Below the pieces are notes generated by a model. It worked only from the letters and a program-made list of their open reading frames with translations. It was not told the DNA's origin and made no database searches. Made by a program: the position numbers and the translations under genes. Below are positions 1 to 7,421 of a stretch of 32,000 nt of DNA, one piece after another. Each line of letters opens with the position of its first letter. Position 1 is the stretch's first letter. This DNA is from an uncultured bacterium (lineage in GTDB: Bacteria > Auribacterota > JACPWU01), in NCBI GenBank assembly GCA_964640155.1, contig CAZXEQ010000009.1, positions 1 through 32,000 of the forward strand, written 5' to 3'.

Positions 1-37
1 TTGCTTATAACTGACTACTTACAACTTATCACTTTTT

Positions 38-1588
38 TTAAACTCCCTTTACATCCTTTTTCTCTTTAATGAAAAGAACGCGATTGATCGCATTCAAATA
101 AGCCCTAGCGCTAGCTTCTATAATATCTGTGGAAGTACCTTTCCCTGTCACCATGCGAGTGTCGATTTTAACTTTTACAACCACTTCACCCAAAGCATCT
201 TTACCCCCCGTAATGGCACGTAAAGCATAATCCACCAAGGTCCCTTTAATCCCGGTAATGCGATCAATGGAATTATAAATAGCTTCAACAGGTCCATCTC
301 CACATGCAGCATCTTCCAAAACCTGTTTGTCTTTTCTCACACGTACAGTTGCCGTAGGAACAGTTGTATTCCCACTCGAAATATGAAGATATTCTAAAAC
401 AAAAATTTCTGGGACTTGAGCAAACTCATCTTCTACCAAAGCCACCAAATCTTCATCATAAACTGTCTTTTTCTTGTCCGCTAAGATCTTGAATTTCTCA
501 AACAACTTATCAATCTCTTCATCTCCCAATTTAAAACCTAATTCCTTCAAGCGTTCTCGAAAAGCATGCCGACCTGAATGCTTACCTAACACCAAAGAGT
601 TTTCCAACAAGCCTACATCTTCAGGCTTCATAATCTCATAAGTAGTTCTTTCTTTCAAAACGCCATCTTGATGAATACCCGACTCATGGGCAAAAGCATT
701 TTCTCCAACAATTGCTTTATTCGGTTGCACGACTAACCCTGTCAAATTACTCACCAAACGACTGGTTTTAATAATTTGCCCAGAATTTACTTCCGTATAG
801 ATATTTGGAAAAACATCTTTTCTCGTACGAAGTGTCATAACAATTTCTTCTAAAGAGGCATTCCCTGCTCTTTCACCAATGCCATTGATGGTACACTCCA
901 CTTGTCGGGCACCATTACGAATCGCAGCTAAAGAATTTGAAACAGCCAACCCCAAATCATTGTGACAATGAACACTGATCACAGCTTGATTGACATTAGA
1001 CACATTCTCTTTTAAATATTTGATTAATTTTCCAAACTCTTCAGGAAAGGCATACCCCACCGTATCTGGAATATTAACCGTTTTTGCGCCCGCTGCAATC
1101 ACCGCTTCAACCACTTTTGCCAAAAAAGCAGGTTCTGTTCGTGAAGCATCTTCTGGAGAGAACTCAACATTATCCACGTATTTCAAGGCTTTTTGAACAC
1201 CTTCCACAGCCATGCGAAGAATTTCGTCTTCAGCTTTCTTCAATTTGTATTGCATATGAATTTTCGAAGTGGCTAAAAACACATGAATGCGTGGGCGAGT
1301 TGCTTTTTCTAATGCATGAGCAGCTTTTTCAATATCTTTATCAACACAACGCGCCAATCCAGCAATGATCGGCCCTTTGATTTCTGAAGCCATGCTTTTT
1401 ACAGCTTCAAAATCATCAGGCGAGGCAATAGGAAAACCTCCTTCGATAACATCTACATTCAGAGCGACCAATTGATGCGCAACCTCTAATTTTTCGCGCA
1501 AATTTAGACTCGCACCTGGACATTGCTCTCCGTCACGAAGGGTTGTGTCAAATATGATAATTTTTTCGTCAGATTTTGATGGTGTCAT
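38..1588 (-). CDS. leuA: 2-isopropylmalate synthase
   Basis: ORF 38..1597 (519 aa). [11 protein letters not shown] and HCHNDLGLA motifs of the HMGL-like aldolase domain, plus a C-terminal LeuA regulatory domain. Length is typical of bacterial LeuA. The first ATG is at 1588; the track start at 1597 is GTG. Confidence 0.93.
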   Translation of the reverse strand: MTPSKSDEKIIIFDTTLRDGEQCPGASLNLREKLEVAHQLVALNVDVIEGGFPIASPDDFEAVKSMASEIKGPIIAGLARCVDKDIEKAAHALEKATRPRIHVFLATSKIHMQYKLKKAEDEILRMAVEGVQKALKYVDNVEFSPEDASRTEPAFLAKVVEAVIAAGAKTVNIPDTVGYAFPEEFGKLIKYLKENVSNVNQAVISVHCHNDLGLAVSNSLAAIRNGARQVECTINGIGERAGNASLEEIVMTLRTRKDVFPNIYTEVNSGQIIKTSRLVSNLTGLVVQPNKAIVGENAFAHESGIHQDGVLKERTTYEIMKPEDVGLLENSLVLGKHSGRHAFRERLKELGFKLGDEEIDKLFEKFKILADKKKTVYDEDLVALVEDEFAQVPEIFVLEYLHISSGNTTVPTATVRVRKDKQVLEDAACGDGPVEAIYNSIDRITGIKGTLVDYALRAITGGKDALGEVVVKVKIDTRMVTGKGTSTDIIEASARAYLNAINRVLFIKEKKDVKGV

Positions 1589-1638
1589 AATAATCACGAA
1601 TTAATAAATAATCAGACCAACCCACTCAGGGGTTAACC

Positions 1639-2655
1639 CTAAATCAAATCACGTTTAATTTCCTTACCGCCCAACCAAGGCATCAGCTTACGAAGCTTTT
1701 CACCTACTTTTTCAATAGGGTGCTCTGCATCTCTTTTTAAAAGAGCATTGTAAGAAGGTCTACCTGCTTTGTTTTCCAAAATCCATTCTCGTGCAAATTG
1801 ACCTGTTTGGATTTCAGTCAAAATATCTTTCATCCGTTCACGTGTTTCTTTGTTCACCACACGAGAGCCTCGACTAATATCTCCATACTTTGCTGTTTCG
1901 CTGATGGATTTTCTCATATTGGATATTCCACCTTCATAAATCAAATCCACAATCAATTTAACTTCGTGCAAACATTCAAAATAAGCCACTTCAGGTTGAT
2001 ATCCTGCGTTCACCAAGGTTTCAAAACCTGCACGAATGGATTCGGAGAGACCTCCGCAAAGAACCACCTGTTCTCCAAAAAGATCTGTTTCTGTTTCTTC
2101 TTTAAAAGTTGTTTCCAAAACACCTGACCTGGCAGATCCAATTCCTTTGGCATAAGCCAAAGCAACATCTTTCGCCTTACCCGTTGCATCTTGATAAACA
2201 GCTACCAATGCAGGAACGCCTCCTCCCTCTGTATAGGTACGGCGAACCAAATGGCCAGGACCTTTAGGGGCAATCATAAAAACATCTACATCGGCTGGAG
2301 GAACAATTTGTCCAAAATGAATGTTAAAGCCATGCGCAAAAGCAATCGACTTTCCTGCTTTTAAGGATGGAGCCACTGCATCCCGATAAACTTCAGGAGC
2401 TTTCATATCGGAAACAAGCATCATGATACAGTCTGCTTTTTTCGAAGCCTCGGCTGAATCCATCACTTCAAGGCCTGCTTTCTCAGCTTCTTTCCAAGAC
2501 TTACTTCCCTTATAAAGACCGACAACAACCTTGAGTCCACTTTCTTTTAGATTCAACGCATGGGCATGTCCCTGACTTCCATAACCAAGAATGGCAACTG
2601 TTTTACCTTTTAGAAATTTTAAATCTGCATCTTTGTCATAATACATTTTAGCCAT
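1639..2655 (-). CDS. ilvC: ketol-acid reductoisomerase (class I)
   Basis: 338 aa. N-terminal Rossmann motif [13 protein letters not shown] and a KARI C-terminal domain. ATG 2655 is preceded by AAAGGAGAG (Shine-Dalgarno). Confidence 0.95.
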   Translation of the reverse strand: MAKMYYDKDADLKFLKGKTVAILGYGSQGHAHALNLKESGLKVVVGLYKGSKSWKEAEKAGLEVMDSAEASKKADCIMMLVSDMKAPEVYRDAVAPSLKAGKSIAFAHGFNIHFGQIVPPADVDVFMIAPKGPGHLVRRTYTEGGGVPALVAVYQDATGKAKDVALAYAKGIGSARSGVLETTFKEETETDLFGEQVVLCGGLSESIRAGFETLVNAGYQPEVAYFECLHEVKLIVDLIYEGGISNMRKSISETAKYGDISRGSRVVNKETRERMKDILTEIQTGQFAREWILENKAGRPSYNALLKRDAEHPIEKVGEKLRKLMPWLGGKEIKRDLI

Positions 2656-2667
2656 AACTCTCCTTTT

Positions 2668-2737
2668 AGTCTTGAGTCTTGAGTCTTGAGTCTTCAGTTT
2701 TCACGCATGACCCACGACGCAAAACGCACAACGATTT
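2668..2737. repeat. degenerate 7-nt tandem array filling the ilvN-ilvC spacer
   Basis: AGTCTTG AGTCTTG AGTCTTG AGTCTTC AGTTTTC ACGCATG ACCCACG ACGCAAA ACGCACA ACGATTT. Ten consecutive units in one phase: three perfect, then progressively degenerate. Confidence 0.85.
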
Positions 2738-3210
2738 TATTCTCTTAGTAATGCTACTTTCCCAGTTCTTGCTACTTCTTGTATTCCAAAAGATTTCATA
2801 AAATCAAAGAAACCATGAATTTTAGATTCATCACCTGTAATTTCAATGGTCATTGATTCATGTGCTACATCTATAATTTTAGCTCTAAAAATATCTACAA
2901 TTTGCATGATTTCAGAGCGTGTTTTGGCATTGGCTCCCACTTTCATCAAAACAAGCTCTCGCTCAACCTTTTCTTTCCCCTTCATATCAATAACTTTAAT
3001 CACTTCAATGAGCTTGTTAAGCTGTTTCACCACTTGTTCCAAAACCAAATCATCCCCTTGAACCACAATGGTCATTCTTGAAACAGTGGGATCTTGTGTT
3101 TCACCAACTGCAAGACTATCAATATTAAAACCTCGCCCACTAAAAAGACCCGAAATACGCGCTAAAACCCCAAACTTGTTCTCTACCAACACCGAAATGG
3201 TATGTTTCAT
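2737..3210 (-). CDS. ilvN: acetolactate synthase small (regulatory) subunit
   Basis: 157 aa. The ACT-domain opening HTISVLVENKFGVLARISGLFSGRGFNIDSL is typical of AHAS small subunits. TAAGGAGAAAAC lies upstream of ATG 3210. No large-subunit gene is adjacent. Confidence 0.9.
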   Translation of the reverse strand: MKHTISVLVENKFGVLARISGLFSGRGFNIDSLAVGETQDPTVSRMTIVVQGDDLVLEQVVKQLNKLIEVIKVIDMKGKEKVERELVLMKVGANAKTRSEIMQIVDIFRAKIIDVAHESMTIEITGDESKIHGFFDFMKSFGIQEVARTGKVALLRE

Positions 3211-3266
3211 GTTTTCTCCTTAGCCAAATAAGTAAAACATTATGTCAAAAAAGGGCTATTTTGTCT

Positions 3267-3529
3267 TGAGAAATGTGTATAAAATCGGGTGACCAACGAA
3301 TCCTAATGATGAGCGATCGCACTCGAGTGAAAGCAACGAAGGCAAAGACACCCCCTTTTGAAGTTCATCTATTGCTTTATCAAAAAGAAAGTTATATTAA
3401 TTTCCTTTACGGTCGCTGGAATGCGTACGAGGGAAGATCGCAAATCATGATTCGTTGGGCAGGACCCGTTCTTCTCTTTTTAAGTTCGATTGGCTCGCAA
3501 GGACAAACGAACGTGTCTGAACACTCTCA
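3267..3529 (+). repeat. GC-rich structured element, type A copy 1 (core 3287..3467 plus 3' module 3479..3527)
   Basis: The core runs GGGTGA-CCAACGAATC ... GATTCGTTGG-GCAGGACCC. Its lower stem is 10 bp, a 3-nt bulge, 5 bp, a 2x2 loop, then 6 bp, around an AT-rich centre. Outer pairing is TGAGA(aat)GTGT 3267..3278 with ACACTCTCA 3521..3529. A second hairpin is GTTCGATT 3484..3491 / AAACGAAC 3505..3512, followed by the mini-hairpin GTGT-ctga-ACAC. The core matches inverted copy 7011..7189: 1 mismatch in the first 67 nt, 1 in the last 57 nt, and a divergent centre. Confidence 0.85.
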
Positions 3530-3537
3530 TAAATATC

Positions 3538-4269
3538 CTATTCAGATATAGACTTTCTATCTTTTAAGACAGGAATCAATATATATATGCTAATAGGCAA
3601 AATCAAAATGAACGCTAAACGCTTAATTTCCATCGCTGCTTCTTTTCCAAGAACGCAATGAAGACTCCACATACGCATGAGAATAGCAACAATGATCCAC
3701 ATGCAAAAAGAACCATATTCCTTATTGAGCAATCGTTTCCAGGAAAAATTCATGTTCTGAATAGAAGTTTTGAATCCTTTCCAATTCGGCCAAATACGAT
3801 TCACACGTTGGCAATAATCCTCATATTCTGAACCAAATTTTTGTCTTAAAAAATTCTCTTCAGCGGCAATCAGCGAAGCATAAATCAAAAAAAACAATGG
3901 AATACCAATCCAATAGATCAAATGTGCGTTTACAATCAGAGAAAGGCCAACCAAAATAATAAAGTTTCCTAAATACAACGGATTCCTTGAATGAGAAAAA
4001 ACGCCTCCTGTCACCAATCGATCTGCATAAACTTTTTTGTTAACCCCTCCTCGCACAATATAATCATACCCGACTGTTAATGCCCTTAGAATCTGGCCTG
4101 CCATGGCAACAAAAAATCCACCTATCACAAGCCAAACACTTAAATCATATCTTCCACATGGAAAAATCGGTTTTGAAAAAAGCAGGAGTCCAAGAAAAAT
4201 CACGGGAAAAAGAAAATCTCGATAGTAGAAGAAAAAATTGCCCAATCGAATCAAAATTTTAGATTTCAT
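3538..4269 (-). CDS. ICMT/PEMT-family integral membrane methyltransferase
   Basis: 243 aa and multi-pass hydrophobic. LVTGGVFSHSRNPLYLGNF and EENFLRQKFGSEYEDYCQRV match the isoprenylcysteine carboxyl / phospholipid methyltransferase signature. Its ATG overlaps the cmoA stop in an ATGA arrangement (4266..4269). Confidence 0.8.
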   Translation of the reverse strand: MKSKILIRLGNFFFYYRDFLFPVIFLGLLLFSKPIFPCGRYDLSVWLVIGGFFVAMAGQILRALTVGYDYIVRGGVNKKVYADRLVTGGVFSHSRNPLYLGNFIILVGLSLIVNAHLIYWIGIPLFFLIYASLIAAEENFLRQKFGSEYEDYCQRVNRIWPNWKGFKTSIQNMNFSWKRLLNKEYGSFCMWIIVAILMRMWSLHCVLGKEAAMEIKRLAFILILPISIYILIPVLKDRKSISE

Positions 4270-5000
4270 TTAACAGCCAATATCCCACAGAAATTATACC
4301 ATTTAAAAAAAACATCTGTATGAGGGAACCCATTTTTTGTTAAGAGGTTGATATTTTCATCCACACGATAAGGAATCAAAACATTTTCAAGCGCTTCTCT
4401 TTTTTGAGCAATTTCAAGTTCAGTATAACCGTGCCTCTTTTTAAATTCATAATAAAGCTTGATAAACATGCGGTTAAAGAGAGAGTCGTTTCCTAATACT
4501 TTTTCAATCAAAATAAGACATCCATTTTCATTTAATCCTTTATAAATCGATTGAATGAGCGTGTCTCGGCAAAGAGGTCGAATAAATTGAAGAGTCAAAT
4601 TAAGGATCACAACAGAAGCATTTTTAACAGGAAAGCCCTTATTGAGATCTGCACATTGAAGGTCAAAAGAGGAAGAAGGATGAGTTAATAAAAACTTCTC
4701 TCGGCATTTGTCGAGCATGGCTTGCGAAGAATCAACCCCTACAAAATGGGCTTTGGGTCCAATGTTTTTGATTAATGTACTGAGCGTAATACCCGTCGAA
4801 CAGCCCAAATCATAGACATCAGAGCCTTCAGTTGCAAATTCTCGAGCAATCTCTCCCATCATTCTCTGCAATTCAACATACTGAGGAATACTTCTAATTA
4901 ACATGTCATCAAAAACGGCTGCCGTCTTCTCTCCAAAATTAAAATCTTCTAGTTTACGACGCTTACCCGCATAAAGCTTGTCTTTTTTCGTCATTATCAT
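4266..5000 (-). CDS. cmoA: carboxy-S-adenosyl-L-methionine synthase (CmoA)
   Basis: Colinear similarity, from memory, to E. coli CmoA: VFDDMLIRSIPQY, VYDLGCS, NASVVILNLTLQF, GYTELEIAQKREALENVL, WYNFCGILAVK. The track start at 5009 is TTG; ATG codons lie at 5000 and 4994. Confidence 0.85.
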   Translation of the reverse strand: MIMTKKDKLYAGKRRKLEDFNFGEKTAAVFDDMLIRSIPQYVELQRMMGEIAREFATEGSDVYDLGCSTGITLSTLIKNIGPKAHFVGVDSSQAMLDKCREKFLLTHPSSSFDLQCADLNKGFPVKNASVVILNLTLQFIRPLCRDTLIQSIYKGLNENGCLILIEKVLGNDSLFNRMFIKLYYEFKKRHGYTELEIAQKREALENVLIPYRVDENINLLTKNGFPHTDVFFKWYNFCGILAVK

Positions 5001-5037
5001 CTTTTCCAAAATTAGATTTTTGGATTCTGTTCAACTC

Positions 5038-5083
5038 AAAACTAAAAACTCCTACAATACTTTTTATGAAGCATTGTAAGAGT
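5038..5083 (-). terminator. intrinsic terminator downstream of the sulfite-reductase-like gene
   Basis: 13-nt arms at 5048..5060 and 5071..5083. Both mismatches on the plus strand (C.A and A.C) become G.U wobbles in the minus-strand RNA, so the stem is complete only in that orientation. The minus-strand hairpin is followed by UUUUAGUUUU. Confidence 0.65.
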
Positions 5084-5139
5084 TTTTATAATATGGATTT
5101 AGATCAGGGAATCCACCCCACGAGATTATAATTAAAGGG

Positions 5140-6936
5140 TTAAACCGCGCATTCCCCTTTTCCCACTTCCATCTTGAAAGGCTTTCCTTCATCCCCAAGA
5201 TCCTCATAATATTCAGGAGCTGTTTTATAATCAGGAATTTGTTGAAATTCTTGAACCAGTTCCCGAAATTTTGGAATGCCCTGACGTTTGATGAAGTCTT
5301 GAAAACGTTCAGAGGACTGTTTTTCTTTCAAATAGAATTTCAAAATCTTATCGACAGCTTCTGGAACACGCTTCGCAGGGATCATGGCAACTGCTGAACC
5401 AAAAGTAGCTGAGCCTTCTTTCGTTCCTCCCCCCACCAACATTTGATAATGAGGGACTTCATGATCACCTACGCGTTTACCCATTCCATAAAATCCTAAA
5501 TCTGCAATATGATGCTGTCCGCAAGAGTTGAAGCAGCCAGAGATTTTGATTTTCACATCTTGCAAAGCTTCTTCGCTTCCCAAACCATTATTGAAAAGAG
5601 GGATCAAAGCCGAAGCAAGTCCTCGAGAATGTGTGATCGCAATCTGACAAGTATCCGCTCCAGGGCATCGGGTAATGTCAGCAATTTTTTCAGCTGAATG
5701 ATGTGCAATCTGAGCTGCCGCTAAATCTTTATATAAAAAGGGCAATGCTGCTTCTGGAACCCATCTCAAAATTAAATTTTGGGAAATGGCCACACGAATT
5801 CGACCCCCACAATATTTCTTTGCAATAACCGCTACTTTCTTCATTTGATCAACAGTAATATCTCCCAATGGGCAACGAACAAGAACAGAAACATAACCGG
5901 ACTGTTTCTGTTTAAACATATTAGTCGAATGCCAACGTTTGTAGGCTGAAGTTTCCGCAGAGCTAAAAGAGGGAGCCTCTTTAGGAAGCGTCACCACTGG
6001 GGGCTTTTCTTCATAAAGTTTTACCTTGGTCATCCAAGCATTTCCATTTTGGGTTAACCATACAGACTTTCTTTCTTCTAAAACTCTTTTTTTAAATTCT
6101 TCTTCTCCCCATTCTTTCACCACAAATTTGATTCTTGCACGAGCTTTATCTTTACGATTCCCATTACGATCAAAAATACGAATGACAGCTTCTGTCGTCG
6201 CAAGAACAAATTCTTCAGGCGTAAAATCCTCAATCAATATTGCAGATCGAGGGGTAGAGCCCAGTCCTCCACCCACATAGACTTGAAAGCCACGAACCAT
6301 TTTTCCATTCACTTCTTTCATTTTGGCAACAAAACCCAAATCATGAATCGGAATACGGGCATGATCTTCAGGGCAACCTTCAAAAGCAATTTTAAATTTT
6401 CGAGGCATGTTTTGGCAAAGTGGGTTTCTTAAGAAGAAATCTGAAACCATATCTGCATAAGGCGTCACATCAAAAGCTTCTGCCGCAGAAAGTCCGGCAT
6501 AGGGACACGCTGTAACTGTACGAACTGTATTGCCGCAAGCCTCGCGGGTGGTAAGATCATTTTCTTCTAGGAGTCGTATAATTTTCGGAACATTTTGACG
6601 CTCGACATAATGATACTGAATGTTTTGACGTGTTGTCACATGACCCACTTTTTTAGGAGTGTATTTGTCAGCAATATCCGCCAAAACATCTAATTGTTCT
6701 GAGGTAAGATTTCCATATTTGATCTTCACACGAATCATGTGAAGTTTAGGTTCTCCTCGAATTCCATAAATTCCATTGGTTAATCTAAAGCGTTGAAAAT
6801 CTTCTGGCAGAGATTGTCCAGAGTCCAACATCGCAATTTCACGTTCAAAACGTTGTATCTCCGCCTCTACTTCAGGGGCAAGCTCTTTCTTATGCAACGA
6901 CTTTTCACTCATTGATTTTTCCTTTTCACTCATCAT
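5140..6936 (-). CDS. siroheme/4Fe-4S sulfite (or nitrite) reductase hemoprotein, ferredoxin-dependent type
   Basis: 598 aa. Duplicated nitrite/sulfite reductase half-domains and the Cys cluster TRCPGADTC ... CFNSCGQHH. Sequence alone does not say whether the substrate is sulfite or nitrite. Confidence 0.85.
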   Translation of the reverse strand: MMSEKEKSMSEKSLHKKELAPEVEAEIQRFEREIAMLDSGQSLPEDFQRFRLTNGIYGIRGEPKLHMIRVKIKYGNLTSEQLDVLADIADKYTPKKVGHVTTRQNIQYHYVERQNVPKIIRLLEENDLTTREACGNTVRTVTACPYAGLSAAEAFDVTPYADMVSDFFLRNPLCQNMPRKFKIAFEGCPEDHARIPIHDLGFVAKMKEVNGKMVRGFQVYVGGGLGSTPRSAILIEDFTPEEFVLATTEAVIRIFDRNGNRKDKARARIKFVVKEWGEEEFKKRVLEERKSVWLTQNGNAWMTKVKLYEEKPPVVTLPKEAPSFSSAETSAYKRWHSTNMFKQKQSGYVSVLVRCPLGDITVDQMKKVAVIAKKYCGGRIRVAISQNLILRWVPEAALPFLYKDLAAAQIAHHSAEKIADITRCPGADTCQIAITHSRGLASALIPLFNNGLGSEEALQDVKIKISGCFNSCGQHHIADLGFYGMGKRVGDHEVPHYQMLVGGGTKEGSATFGSAVAMIPAKRVPEAVDKILKFYLKEKQSSERFQDFIKRQGIPKFRELVQEFQQIPDYKTAPEYYEDLGDEGKPFKMEVGKGECAV

Positions 6937-6963
6937 CTATATCTATCCCAAATTAAGAATAGT

Positions 6964-6992
6964 ATACTATCTGGAATATTGATAATTTTCAA
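6964..6992 (-). promoter_or_regulatory. candidate sigma70-type promoter for the sulfite-reductase-like gene
   Basis: Minus strand reads TTGAAA (6992..6987), 17 nt, TAGTAT (6969..6964), about 28 nt upstream of ATG 6936. Pattern match only. Confidence 0.35.
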
Positions 6993-7010
6993 ACAAAAAC
7001 AATATGAATA

Positions 7011-7189
7011 GGGTCCTGCCCAACGAATCATGATTTGCGATCTTCTCTCGTACGCATTCCAGCGACCATAAAGAAATTGATTTAACTTTCGGTTTGCTAA
7101 AGTAAGAGATGAGCTTTGAAGAGGGTGTCTTTACCTTCGTTGCTTTCACTCGAGTGCGATCGCTCATCATTAGGATTCGTTGGTCACCC
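7011..7189 (-). repeat. GC-rich structured element, type A copy 2 (core only, inverted relative to copy 1)
   Basis: The reverse complement begins GGGTGACCAACGAATCC and ends GATTCGTTGGGCAGGACCC. Both flanks are near-identical to 3287..3467. The 55-nt centre is divergent and 2 nt shorter. Confidence 0.85.
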
Positions 7190-7240
7190 TCATTTATGAA
7201 AGAACCCTCTTTTATTTACATGAAACTTGTTGATAATGAT

Positions 7241-7379
7241 ATCGTTCAATAAAGCGTGAAGACCATTGGAAATCGAGTGAGCATGGCATCCCGATATTCA
7301 TCGGGATGAACGAGATTTCCTTTGAGTTCGTTTACCTCGCAGGGGGAAACGAACGTGTCTGAACACTCTGTTGAACGAT
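7241..7379 (+). repeat. structured element type D (different body, same 3' module as A1)
   Basis: Closing stem ATCGTTCAA 7241..7249 / TTGAACGAT 7371..7379. Hairpin 1 is GGAAATC 7268..7274 / GATTTCC 7314..7320, enclosing CATCCCGA 7287..7294 / TCGGGATG 7301..7308. Hairpin 2 is GTTCGTTT 7326..7333 / AAACGAAC 7347..7354. Segment 7321..7369 matches 3479..3527 at 42 of 49 positions, and the last 23 are identical. Confidence 0.75.
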
Positions 7380-7421
7380 TTACCATACTCTATGTATCAA
7401 TCTTTAAATCAAAATTCAGAC

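Noticed and set aside
990-2127. Antisense ORFs inside leuA and ilvC (990..1196, 1084..1368, 1798..2127). Similar ones occur inside thiC, mqnE, the UbiD-like gene, the kinase, the GDE gene and others.
   Set aside because: Each is embedded opposite a CDS with strong family-level similarity. They have low-complexity composition and no independent signals. They are typical shadow ORFs in AT-rich DNA.
3301-3335. Box C-like AUGAUGA, a hammerhead-like UGAUGA ... GAAA, and the cyanobacterial HIP1 octamer GCGATCGC inside element A.
   Set aside because: There is no matching box D/CUGA partner in a k-turn arrangement. The hammerhead core C3 is A, and stems II and III cannot be drawn. One GCGATCGC per copy is not evidence of HIP1 biology.
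3287-3467. A kink-turn reading of the shared junction, with GA on one strand and a 3-nt bulge plus GA on the other.
   Set aside because: The k-turn register would pair C with U and break the perfect 12-bp closing helix of element C. The register that satisfies all five copies pairs U with A, leaving a 2x4 loop (GA / CAGG). It is therefore not a standard Kt motif.
3273-3551. ORFs 3273..3551(+) and 6967..7170(-) share the N-terminus MMSDRTRVKATK, suggesting a duplicated small protein.
   Set aside because: The similarity is at nucleotide level. The central segment differs in length by 2 nt, so the conserved 3' 57 nt is read in different frames in the two copies (YGRWNAYEGRS versus WSLECVREKIA). 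Both ORFs lie entirely inside the folded A elements.
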